Part shown: positions 1-11,979 of the stretch, in pieces | Numbering within the stretch: position 1 is the first letter of the stretch | Layout of the letters: the number at the start of each line of letters is the position of its first letter | NCBI GenBank assembly: GCA_046563655.1 | Contig: CM102286.1 | Location: forward strand, 2,790,001-2,854,000 | Source: Yuukianura sp. NJ FZ-2021 | Taxonomy: Eukaryota | DNA: 64,000 nt | Direction of reading: 5' to 3' | The notes under the pieces: generated by a model | The model's database searches: none | Seen by the model: the letters and a program-made list of their open reading frames with translations, nothing else | What the model was told of the DNA's origin: nothing | Program-made: the position numbers and the translations under genes

Positions 1-2024
1 AAAATTTCTCCATTGAATTTTATGTTCCTACCATGTAGTATGTAAATTTCAATCATATTCTTTCCTTTCTCTTTACTTTCTCCATGTCTCATGTCTTTCA
101 CAAAAAAAAGTCGTGTGCGTGTAACCCAGCCTAAACCTACGGATAAGTTCTTAGCAAAAAAAAGTTATTGTGAAACCTTGGAAGAAAGTAGTTTGTTGAA
201 GACTAAGGAAAAAGAAGGAGGCCACATTTGCATTGACTAGATCACCCTTTGGCTTCACCTTCTTCCAGTAATGCCCAACTGTAGGAGCATTGTCATCTAA
301 CACCTTGCCCTGTGGTAAAGACAAAATGGAAAAGAGAATGAGTTGAACCATAGCGGCATTTCCATAAGTAACATAAAACATTTCTCCTGCTTTTCTCAAA
401 ATTTCCCAAGTTTCCTTAGCTTTTCCCCAAAATTTCCTCAGTTTTTCTCAGTTTCCCCCCAAAATCTACTCTCAGTTTTCTGCTGCAGACTTTCTCCAGC
501 ATAAAAATACGACGCGCTGTTGATTCCGTTGCAGCCTTTTGTTTTCAGCAGGCTTTCTCCCAGTAAATAACACGCTCCACTCCAACTTGTTTTTTTTTTC
601 CCCTTTTGAAATTTCCAATTTGCTTCTTCAACCTAACGTAAATTTTAAACTAAAAAATTAAACTATCCTGGACCTGGTTACAAACTGGCCGAAAGTTGGC
701 CAGTTTTTGGCTCTGAGCTTATTGACAGAAATGTTGAGCCCAATACAGAATATTATATGAAAAAAAAAAACTACCAATGTGCGGGCGTGACACCTCTAGT
801 GCGTTACAAGTTCTGCGAAAATGTTACCTAGCATCTTCCAGAAGATTGGGTTTTTGTGTCCTGGCGGGAAAACCGAGAGAATAAAGCAATTTGAAATACA
901 TAAGGGTCAGGGACTAGGTTAGGGTAGGCCTAAAACCTAACCATTGGAATGGGATTGGAACTCTAAAGTCAATTCCTAACCCTGCCGAGGGAGTCACACA
1001 ATGGAACGGGAGAAAGTGGAAGTGGAGCGTTTGGAAGGCGAAGAGTCATCAGTATTCTGTAGTACACTTTCCATTTGAAACTTATTTAAAATCAAGGGGC
1101 TTCGTTTCGCGGGCTTTTCTTCTTCCTTTCGCGTTTGTGTGAAGAAGAAAGTGCGTTTCTAAAGCTGACAAATTATTTGTTTCGTCTCATTGACTTCAAA
1201 AAGTCAAAGAAGAAAGTCCCCTCCATTTCTTTCCGCCTTTGAAAATGGTTCTCCAATTAGACTCCGCTGCTTCTCGGTAAAATTAGGGTTTGAAAATGGG
1301 CGGGAGAGCACACGCGAAATGAAAATTTTAAATTGACTTTTTGGCCCGCCAAAAACAGTCGACAGTATTTCACACACTGTGCTGTGTGTCAACCCTCGTC
1401 TTGTTTCATTAACGAAATTCAATAAGTGGAAAATCACTTAAAACAGTCACACTTAAAAATTTGGAAAGTGTAGTTAGCGGGAAAATTGAATTTTTTGAAA
1501 ATACGCGTGGTGGTTTCTTGAACAAAGGGGTTCCATGTTTCTTTTTTAAATTAAAAATGTCTTTTGGGTAGAATACAAAATGGTCTCACGTTTTCACTAA
1601 TTTCAAACGCTTTTAGAATGTTCCTCTTTGAGGATAATGGAACTTCAATTTCATTTGAAATTTTTCTTTTTTGAAAAAGAAAGATTCGAAAGAGTGAGAG
1701 ACTCTCCTTATGGCTTTTCCCTTGGAAATTAAATAAGAAATATGAACATCTTTTTTGAACATGGTTTCTACTTAAAAAGAAAAGGAAACTTTGCATTTCC
1801 AAAAAGTAAGTTCAAAAAGAACCGCGGCGGCAGCAGGGGAGTGCTGAAGCAGCTTTCTCCACTTTCTCTTGATGAGAATTTTATATTCCCATAAATTAGG
1901 CCCATCTTAAAGAAAAATTGAGCAGAAAGAGAAGCTAATGATTCCCCTTTTTCTTTTTTGAATTTTCAGGTTTCTAGAACAAACTTTTGTTCAAACAGGA
2001 GCGGGATTGTTTAAATTTCGCAAA

Positions 2025-2541
2025 ATGTGGAACACGGGAAGACTCCGTTGCGGTCAAGTCCTCAACTTTTGCTCAAATTCCAACATTCTTTGGACTGTTG
2101 TGTTCATTTTCCTGATGACACTTGACTCTGCTCTGCCCAAATTTGCTTCAACGGAGGAACTCAAGCGGAGACGAAGTGACTTTGGAGAAGGGACTGAAGG
2201 GCCCATTCCCTCTGACACTTTCATTCAATGCTACTTCAACCCACTTTGTTTCTGCAAGTATGATCAAAAAACACAAGTACTGGACTCTATTTCAAAGTTG
2301 TGGCAGTTAGTAGGGTTCAATGGATCAGAGTTCACGAGAGTGGTGGGTCAAGCACTGGACTTGATGACCTCTGACCCCAACACACTCTATTTTCTCACAA
2401 GATCAGAACTGACAGCGTTTGCTCACTTGGTGGCAAACTCTAGCTCTACCGCGGCAACTTCTTCGCGCCAAATGCTGTTTGAACCTGGTCCGGTTTTTGA
2501 CATCGAGTGCAGTGATGTCCCAATGGCACTTGTTCCCACAG
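2025..2541 (+). CDS. First coding exon of a probable secreted/membrane LRR protein (chaoptin-like N-terminus); downstream exons not found in window
   Basis: Acceptor ttttcag ends at 1969, ATG at 2025, donor AG|gtaatt after 2541. Hydrophobic segment ILWTVVFIFLMTLDSAL, then CYFNPLCFC ... DIECSDVPMALVP, resembling the Cys-capped LRR N-terminus of chaoptin-like proteins. No LRR repeats are visible. Confidence 0.55.
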
Positions 2542-2713
2542 GTAATTTTTTGAATTTCCAAAATTTTAACATTTCCAAATTCATTTATGAATTTAATTTT
2601 TTTTACCCTCGAAATAATACAATTAGTTTTAACCATGAAAAGTAAAAATACGGAGAAAACGTGGAGTTGGGAATTTCCAGACAAAAATTTTGGAGTGAAA
2701 ATTTTCAAACAAT

Positions 2714-5053
2714 TTAGATTCCGTCTTTTTGGTTTTTGTGCTCATTCACTATGTCTTCAGCGGCTTTTTCTGCGATGACAATAACAGCCGTGTTTGTATT
2801 TGCATTAGTAACTTTCGGCATAATTGAAGCGTCCACAACTCGAAGTCCTTTAAAACCATGGACACTAACAGAAAACAAAAAGTTTGACCTTTGACCTATC
2901 AATTAAGCTTGAAAAGTTTACAAAACAGGGAAAACATACCGTAGTTTTGAGTCAACAACAGAATTTGAATCTTCCGCTCCAAAACCCATTCTGCAAGTTC
3001 CCGATGCGTGGTACCACAAGATCCCTTTCTTTTTAATGTAACATTTCAAGTACCCATCACTTGGAAATTTGTTGGCTTTGGCACATTCTGGATCCTTTAC
3101 ATGTTCTGTGTCGAGCTCCCTGAACGCCTTGGTTTTAAAAAATTTCAGTGCCGTTTTCATTCCTGTCAAAATTTGAGTCAAAAAAAATTGTTTACGTTTT
3201 GTTTAAATTTTGCGTAACTACTTCGTGTATTGTCATATTTTAATTTCACCATATTTCAGCACGCCATAATCCTCTTTGTTTTCTAAAAACTTGTAGTCAA
3301 TTACAGCCAATTCAGCATTATCAATTGAGTGTTGATTGAGAGCTGTAGTGTTCAGCGTTACGGTACCAAGCGAAACATTGCTGTTAGTACGACCGACCAG
3401 CACTGCTATTATGAACTGGTCTGGCGGTAACTCGTAGATACCTTTTGTATCAAAAGTTGTACCAATAAAGAAATATTGTACATCAGGCCAATCCGATTCT
3501 CCGCGACTTTTGGCTTGCGGTGAAACAAGAAAACCTTGCGTTCCTACCCCATTTTCAGAAAGAACAATTTCAGGTCTGTGATTCAGGTAGTCTTCGAAGA
3601 TTTCTTCTGTCAAGTTATTATTTACACTTGAAATCTTGCTTGGATCGTTGATTTTGAACGGACCAAATGAAATTCCTTGATGATTTTGTAAATTTTTCCC
3701 AACGGGAAGCTCTTTGCGCAGTTCAATTTTGGCTTTGTCCAGAACATCTTTTGGTCCAATACCGGATTTTTGGAGCACAAGAGGCGAAGAGTAAGTACCA
3801 GCAGAAATTATGACTTCTTTTTTGGCGTAAGCTTGGAGTTTGACGCCGTGCCGGACGTACTCTACGCCAATGGCTTGGTTTCCGTCGAACAAAATCTTAT
3901 GTACAAAAGCGTACCGGACAACAGTCAATTTTTTTCTTTTAAGGTGAGGTTGAACGTATGCGGTGTAAGTAGATACACGCCGACCACATTCGTGCATTAT
4001 ATCTGATGGAGTGAATCCTGAAAAAGTTTTGAATTAAAACGATTTCTAAAAAAGCTCGAGTACCGCGGTACTACGGTACCGCAGGATACCTTCACGTTGT
4101 GGTCCATTTGGATCGAACACGTCGTAACCAAGTTCAGCAGCAGCTTTCTCCCAAACTGGATACATTGGTCGAGAAGATGTGACTATTGTCATTGGTCCAT
4201 CCGTTCCATGTTGATCTTTTAAAAAAAGATTACTTTTGATATTCTTAAAGTTTGAAAAATGTGGTAAAAAAAAGTTTGAAAGTTCATGTTTAAAACAAGC
4301 TGCAAGACCTGATTTTGGCCACATCCCATGGTATGACTCTGCTTTTCGAAAATATTTCAGCAAAGATGCATACGTCCAACTGCTGTCCTTTGAAACTTCT
4401 GCCCATAGGTCATAATCTTTTCTAAAAATTTAAAGAACGCATTTCAAAATTTGATATTTTTAAGAATTTGCTAAGCGTTGCTTACGGATGTCCCCTGTTG
4501 TAAATGATTGCATTGTGGGATCCACTCCCACCGAGCATTTTACCCATAACATCATCCAGTTTCTGTAATATTATTGAATATCATGGCAAAATATGCTTCA
4601 ACATTAAAATTAAATGCTCAATTTACGCGATTGTTGACATTCTTCTGTGGTACGGTAGTGTAGAAGTAGTTGATGTCTGGTGAACTTCCGATGTATTCGT
4701 AAAAGGCGGGTACTTGACCTAAAAGCGGTGGTTCACCACCAGCTTCCAGAAGAAGCACTTTGAAATGCTCCGATAAACGTCCAGCCATGACACATCCTCC
4801 CGTGCCACCCCCAACTAAAACACAAGTCAAAATTTTTATTAGTATTTTAGGAGAATTTCTAAAATTTGAAAAAATTTAAACAGCAAAAATATATCAAATA
4901 CTTACCAATTATAAAATCATACGTAGGCTTCGACGGGTGTTTTCCTTCGGCATGAAACTGTTTTTCGTCAATTCGTCGCAGCTCATCAGTTGCCTGACGT
5001 ATAACATACGGGAGTGCCGTAAGAATTATTGCAGCAAATGAAGCAACTCCCAT
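2714..5053 (-). CDS. GMC oxidoreductase copy 1 (glucose/choline dehydrogenase-like flavoprotein), 8 exons, 597 aa
   Basis: Exons 5053-4906, 4814-4627, 4562-4486, 4421-4309, 4215-4090, 4017-3250, 3162-2940, 2864-2714, all GT-AG, sum 1794 nt in frame. Motifs: [53 protein letters not shown]...[49 protein letters not shown]...NTNTA (His/Asn catalytic pair). Confidence 0.95.
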
Positions 5054-5375
5054 TCTTAACTTCTGTGGTTACTTAAGTATTCAATCCTACCAAAAAGTCA
5101 AACTTGGTTCAAATGGCGTCGAAGCGGCAAATTTAAACCAAAGTTTAGTTTTCAAAATACAGCGCAGTTTTGTAAAGACAATGCCTTTTTAGTTGAGAAT
5201 TGAATAATAAAAGGGAAACCTTGAAATTGACATTTCTGATTGCACTTTAGATGGTTCCATTTTACGTAATTTTCTAAGGACACCGCAATAACGTCGCTAC
5301 CTTTTGAATTTGACATGTTGAGCGGTTTATTTACATTAATTTGCAGAATAATTGCATTAGGTTAGTTTTTTGTAT

Positions 5376-5642
5376 TCACGCAGTAGAGGCTTTTTCTGCT
5401 ACAACTGCTACAACTACAGCGGCGTTTAAATTGGCATTTGTAATTCGCGGCATGATTGAAGCATCCACAACTCGAATTCCAATAAATCCATGGAGACTAA
5501 ATAGAAAACAAAAAACTCTTGGTTGACATCCAGTGATATAAAGATTTGTAGATATTGAGCAATTAGGAAGAGGATATTTATACCGTGTACGCCGTAGTTT
5601 AGAATCAACAACGAATTTGAGTCATGCGATCCATAGCTCATG
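5376..5642 (-). pseudogene. GMC oxidoreductase remnant: end of exon 7 plus exon 8 only
   Basis: Reads MSYGSHDSN then a 1-nt deletion (aat tc gtt gtt gat tct aaa cta cg vs aat tct gtt gtt gac tct aaa cta cg in copy 2). Last exon [39 protein letters not shown] has a duplicated gttgtagca and an early stop. Exons 1-6 are absent. Confidence 0.85.
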
Positions 5643-5900
5643 CTGTAGTTTCAGTTTTAGTTCGGTAGACAATAATACCTATGTCAAGTTGAAGCCTAGC
5701 ATTGTCTAATTCGTTAAATTAGAGCTCAAATCTGCCTACGAAACTACAATTCCATATCACCTAATTTTTGAAAACGGTTAGTTGGTTTGAGAAGGGGCGT
5801 TGTATTTTGTATGTAAATCAACATTGAACCAAATTATTTAGCGCCTGCTTCTTTATTTCACCACTTCCAATTAGTAGTTTGATTATGGTTATTTTTGAAT

Positions 5901-8247
5901 TTAAATTTGATACTCGTGCAATATATCTGCTGCTGCTTTCTCTGCGATGCCAATTACTGGCGCATTTGTATTTGCGTTTGTTACGCGCGGCATAATCGAA
6001 GCATCCACAACACGAAGTCCCGTAAATCCATGAACCCTAAATTCAATCCAAAAAATTGAACTTTGACCTCTACTGAAAAAGTTGGCAAATTTTAAATAAT
6101 GAAGACTACCGTAGTTTAGAGTCAACAACAGAATTTGAATCTTGCGGTCCATAACTCATTCTGCAAGTTCCCGCTGCGTGAAACCAAACACTTGCTTTCT
6201 TCTGAATATAACAGCGCCAGTAGTCATCGCTCGGGAATTTGTGGCTGTTGGCACATTCTGTATCCTTCACAAATCTTGTTCCAATAGCTTTGAATGCATC
6301 ACTTTTGAAAATTTTTAACGCCGATTTTATGCCTAAAACCAAAAATAGAATCATTTCGTTTGAGTTTTGTGTAAAAAACAAAGAATTTCATTCGAGTAAT
6401 ATTTTTTACGAATTCCAAGTCTTACCAAATCTGAGCACTTCGTAATCTTCTGGGCTTTCTAGGAACTTATAGTCAATTGTAGCCAATTCCGCGTTGTCAA
6501 TAGATTGTTGAAGGAAAGCGGAAGTATTCAGCGATACTGTACCAAGCGACTCTGCATTAAATTCTGGACGACCAATGAGAACTGCCGAATAAAGGTAATT
6601 TGGTGGTGTAGCTGCGATTCCGCCACTACCAAAATTTGTGCCTATAATAAAAAATTGTACGTCGGGCCAACTTGATTCTCCACGACTTTTAGCTTGCGGT
6701 GAGACAAGGAACGCTTGTGTTCCTAAACCAGTTTCAGATAGAACCATTTCATGTTGCAGGTTTAAGTAGGCTTCAAAGTTGGCCTCGGTTAAGTTATTGA
6801 AAACATTGGATAGTTTGCTTCTGTCGTTGACTTTGAACGGACCAAGTGAAAGTCCTTGGTGATTTTGTAAATTTTTTCCAACGGGAAGCTCTTTGCGCAG
6901 TTCAATTTTGGCTTCTTCCAGAACATCTTTAGGTCCAATACCAGATTTTTGGAGGATCAAAGGAGATGCGTACGTTCCAGCAGAAATTATGACTTCCTTT
7001 TTAGCGTAAGCTTGCAGTTTGACACCATGTCGGACGTATTCTACACCAATGGCTTGAGTTCCGTTGAATAAAATTTTGTGTACAAAGGCGTATCGCACAA
7101 CGGTCAATTTTTTTCTATTAAGGTACGGTTGAATGTAACTGTTGTAAGTGGTCAAGCGTCGACCGTCTTGCCGCATGAAGTCTGATGGAGTGAATCCTGA
7201 AATAAAAATTTTGAATAGAAATACCTATATTTTTTCGACACAACATGGTACCTTCACTTTGTGGTCCGTTTGGATCGGAAGTTTCGTAACCCAGTTCTGA
7301 CGCGGCTTTTTTCCAAGTCGGATAAATTGGGCGCGAAGATGTGACAAGTACCATTGGTCCATGTGCTCCGTGTTGATCTTTTCACAAGTCATATTTTTTT
7401 GGTTAGATTTTTTTTTTAAATTAACTAAAAAGAAAACGAGTTTTTGTTAAAACTGAATTAAAAAAAATACCCGATTTAGGCCAAATCCCTTGGTATGATT
7501 CCGCTTTTCGAAAATATTTCAGTAAAGACTCATATGTCCAACTTGGATCTTTTGAAATTTCTGCCCAACTATCATAGTCTTTTCTAAAAAAAAATTCAAA
7601 AATTTAACTCAGAAGGTTATTTTGAAATTTAGAAATGTTGCAAACGTACGGATGACCTCTGTTATAAACCAGAGCATTGTGAGACCCGCTTCCTCCAAGC
7701 ATTTTGCCCATGGTATCTTCAAGTTTCTACAACAGTATCACAATAATGTGTCAGCTAACGCATTCACATGAACGTCGTAATACTAAAGCTAGAAGTAGGG
7801 TTATGAATTTTCAATTTTACACGGTTGTTGGCGTTTTTTTGCGGAGTAGACGTGTAAAAGTAGTTGATGTCTGGTGAGCTACCGACATATTCGTAGAAGG
7901 CTGGTACAGACGTCAAAGGTGGTGGTTCACCACCAGCTTCGAGAAGAAGTACACTGAAATGTTCTGACAGTCGCCCGGCAACTACGCATCCAGCCGTTCC
8001 AGCGCCAACTAAAATCATTTCGAAATTACACAGAATGTAATTTAGAAAAACGTTAAAAACATATGTTAACAATATACACAAAATGTTTTAGTTACACACC
8101 GACTATGAAGTCATAGGAATTTTTGGAACTGTGCTTCCTTCCGGCAAGAAATTGTTTTTCGTCAATTCTTCTTAGCTCATCTGTTTCTAGGCGTAGAAAG
8201 TAGGGAAGAGCTGTAAGAATCGCATTAGCAAAAAATGCGACACCCAT
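5901..8247 (-). CDS. GMC oxidoreductase copy 2, 8 exons, 593 aa
   Basis: Exons 8247-8100, 8008-7821, 7726-7650, 7583-7471, 7377-7252, 7196-6426, 6332-6110, 6036-5901 (1782 nt). Intron positions match copy 1. Motifs [64 protein letters not shown]. Confidence 0.95.
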
Positions 8248-8672
8248 CCTTAAGGGTCTGGACTTAGCAACTCTTTAGCAAATTTACAGGACTTAACTTA
8301 CAAATTAATGCGTGTTAATCTATAGACACTAATTTGTTAAGTTGTAGTCTAGCGTCAAATTTGAAGCTCCTTGGAATTAAAAATCGATTGTAATTTGAAG
8401 TACTGTTTTACTGCTCCATTTGCCGAGTCGTAAACTTTCTTAAATTGTTTGAGACCAAACATTAAGTTAAGCTTACTGAAGCACATCATAACAATGTTCC
8501 AATTTTTAATAACAATGAAACCTATACTTTCTCCCTTTAAAATTTATTCGAATTTCAAAAATGAGTTCCAAAGTTTGGAATATGGAAACCCAGACTTTTT
8601 GAAAAATATTTGGCGCCGTTTTCCTCATTACCACAACTATACTAACTATAGATATTTTCGTAATATTTAACT

Positions 8673-10989
8673 TTAATTTTGATGTTCGCGTAGAATGTCG
8701 TTTGCCGCCTTCTCGGCGATGACCACCACTGCTGCATTTATATTTACATTTGCAATTCTCGGCATGATTGAAGCATCTATAACTCGAAGTCCACTAAATC
8801 CGTGCACACTAAAGACAAGACAAGAACTTTTAGTTTGACCTTAAGTAACAAAGGTTTACAAAATTTTGAGTAAAGATTGTGTTTATACCGAAGTTTTGAG
8901 TCAACAACAGAATTTGAATCTTGAGGTCCGTAGCTCATTCGGCAAGTTCCGGCTGGGTGAAACCACACAGTCGCTTGGTTCTGTATGTAGCAGCGCCAGT
9001 AATCATCGCTTGGAAATTTGTACTTTTTGGCACATTCTTTGTCTTTTACATATTTTGTTCCAATAGCTTTGAATGCCTCTGTTTTCAAAATTTTTCTCGC
9101 CGCTTTTATTCCTAATAAATTAAAAGGTACTGAGCAAAGTTTTTCCTTTGACAATTCCAAAATTTTACCAAATTTTAGCACTGAGTAGTCTTCTCGGCTT
9201 TCTAAAAACTTGTAGTCAATTAGAGCTAATTCTGCATTATCAATGGACTGTTGCTGAAAAGCAGAAATGTTTAGCGATACTGTACCAAGCGATACTTCGT
9301 TGAATTCTGGACGACCAACGCGTACTGCTGCATAGAGGTAATTCGATGGTGTAGCTGAGTTAACCTCAGCGCCAATATCTGTTCCGACTACTGGAAAAAT
9401 AAGTACGTCAGGCCAACTCGATTCTCCACGACTTTTGGCTTGCGGTGAAACAAGAAATGATTGTAGTCCTGAGGTAGCTTCAGAAAGAACGGCTTCATGT
9501 TGTAGGTTTAAGTACGCTTCGAAGTTAGCTTCCGTTAAATTATTGTTAACAGTAGATAATACGCTAGGGTCCTTGACCTTGAACGGACCAAGTAAAACTC
9601 CTTGGTGATTTTGTAAATTCTTGCCAACCGGAAGTTCTTTGCGCAGTTTAATTTTGGCTTTGTCCAGAACATCTTTTGGTCCAATACCAGATTTTTGGAG
9701 GATCAAAGGAGATGCATAAGTACCGGCAGAAATTATGACTTCTTTTTTTGCGTAAGCTTGAAGTTTGACCCCATGTCGGACGTATTTTACTCCAACGGCA
9801 TGATTTCCATTGAACAAAATCTTATGAACGAAAGCGTATCGGATAACTGTTAATTTTTTTCTGTTATTGTGGGGTTGAACGTATGCGGTGTAAGTGGATA
9901 CACGCCGTCCATCCTGGCGCATGACATCTGACGGAGCGAATCCTAAAATTATAATTATGAAATTCAAATAATTTCTATCAGGTTTGTGGTTCGCGGTACC
10001 TTCGGTTTGTGGTCCATTTGGATCAGAGAGTTCGTAACCGAGCTCGTATGCAGCTTTCTTCCAAATGGGATACGCAGTTCCTGAAGACGTAACCAATGTG
10101 ATTGGCCCATTTGTTCCATGTTGGTCTTAAAAAAAAATTACTATTTTATTTTAAAAACAAAAAACTAAAGTGCTAAAACTAAGAATTTCCCGTCCGTCAA
10201 ACGAAGTAAAATCACAAACTTACTTGACTTCGGCCAAATTCCTTGGTAAGATTCAGCCTTTCGAAAATATTTCAGTAAAGAGTCATATCTCCAACTTGGA
10301 TCTTTTGAAATTTTAGCCCAGTTATCAAAACCTTTTCTAAAAAAAATTGGAAACTTATGCGATGCCTTATTTCAAAATTACAAACATAACAACAGAAATG
10401 CCTTACGGATGACCCCTGTTATATTCAATTGCATTGTGCGACCCACTTCCTCCTAGCATTTTACCCATAGTATCCGTAAGTCTCTGCAAGAAGTGACAAA
10501 ATTTGAATAACTGTCAACTGTGTTATTTGAAGTAAATAATTTGAAGCTATTACACTTACACGATTGTTGATGTTTTTTTGCGGAATAGACGTGTAGAAGT
10601 AGTTGATGTCTGGTGAGTTTCCGACGTATTCGTAGAAGGCTGGGACAGAAGCTGTAGGCGGTGGTTCGCCACCCGCCTCAAGAAGAAGCACATTGAAATG
10701 TTCCGACAAACGTCCAGCCACGATACATCCAGCAGTGCCGGCACCAACTAAGAATTATTTCGAAACTGCTCCAAGTGTGTAACTCAAAAACGTTAAAAAC
10801 TTTTTTTTTGACAAAATATGAAAATTGTTGGTAAAACGTACCGACTATAAAATCATACGTATTTTTAGAGTTGTGTCTTCTCTCGTTAACAAATTGTTGT
10901 TCGTCGATTCGTCGTAGCTCGTCTGTTTCCAGACGCAGAATATATGGAAGGGCTGTAAGAATAACTGTAGCAAATGAAGTGACTGCCAT
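8673..10989 (-). CDS. GMC oxidoreductase copy 3, 8 exons, 594 aa
   Basis: Exons 10989-10842, 10747-10560, 10483-10407, 10336-10224, 10125-10000, 9942-9169, 9111-8889, 8808-8673 (1785 nt). Exon lengths 148/188/77/113/126/774/223/136 match the paralogs. Motifs [18 protein letters not shown] and [10 protein letters not shown]. Confidence 0.95.
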
Positions 10990-11250
10990 GGCTAAAGTCT
11001 AACGTGGATTGGCTTCAGTTGGAGTTGAGGTGAAGTTAAGTAAGAAATTCGGTGCAAATTAATGCTGTGACACCAATGTGTCAAAATGTAGTCTAGTATT
11101 GTCTAATTCGTTTTTGAGCTCAAATCTAACTAGAAATCAATAATTGTTAAAAAGAAACCCGTTTTGTTTCGGCGAAGGGGAGGGGGGGGCGAATTGTATT
11201 TCAGATGCAATGATTATGATTATAACTTTGATTATGGTTTATTTTTGAAT

Positions 11251-11831
11251 TTAAAATTGATACTCGTGAAGTATTTCTGCTGCTGCTTTTTCTGCGATGG
11301 CCACAACGGCTGTATTTGTATTTGTGTTTACAATTTGCGGCATGATTGAAGCATCTACAACTCGAAGCCCCGTAAATCCATGGACACTAAACAGAAAGCC
11401 AGCAAGTTGACATTTTACATCTACTGAAAAAGTTTGGACATTTTTAAGAATGAAGGCTACCGAAGTTTTGGGTCAACAACTGAATTTGGATCTAGCGGTC
11501 CGAAGCTCATTCTACAGGTTCCCGCTGGATGATACCATAGACCTGCATTCTTCTTAATGTAACAGCGCCAGTATTCATCGCTTGGGAATGTGTGTGTTTT
11601 AGCACATTCTGGATCCTTTACATATTCTGTGCCAATCCTCTTGAATGCATCAGTTTCAACAATTTTTAGCACCGTCCTCATGCCTACCCAAACCAATGTA
11701 AAGAAAATTATTCGCTTAGAGTAATATTTTTTTTTATGAATTCCAAGTTTTACCAAATTTTAACACTTCGTAGTCTTTCCGGTTTTCTAGGAATTTGTAG
11801 TCAATTCTCGCCAATTCCGCGTTGTCAATAG
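11251..11831 (-). CDS. GMC oxidoreductase copy 4, 3' part only (5' part lost in the assembly gap)
   Basis: Partial exon 6 (11831-11754, [25 protein letters not shown]), exon 7 11683-11461 (223 nt, [11 protein letters not shown]), exon 8 11386-11251 (136 nt). Exon sizes equal those of the paralogs. Confidence 0.9.
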
Positions 11832-11931
11832 NNNNNNNNNNNNNNNNNNNNNNNNNNNNNNNNNNNNNNNNNNNNNNNNNNNNNNNNNNNNNNNNNNNNN
11901 NNNNNNNNNNNNNNNNNNNNNNNNNNNNNNN
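11832..11931. other. Assembly gap (100 N, placeholder length)
   Basis: Exactly 100 N; truncates a gene on each side. Confidence 1.
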
Positions 11932-11979
11932 TGGATTCCAATGCATTTTTTCGTCTAAACAAGATCATTTGTGTTGCAG

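Noticed and set aside
151..399. 82-aa minus-strand ORF
   Set aside because: No recognisable motif and no supported exon partner.
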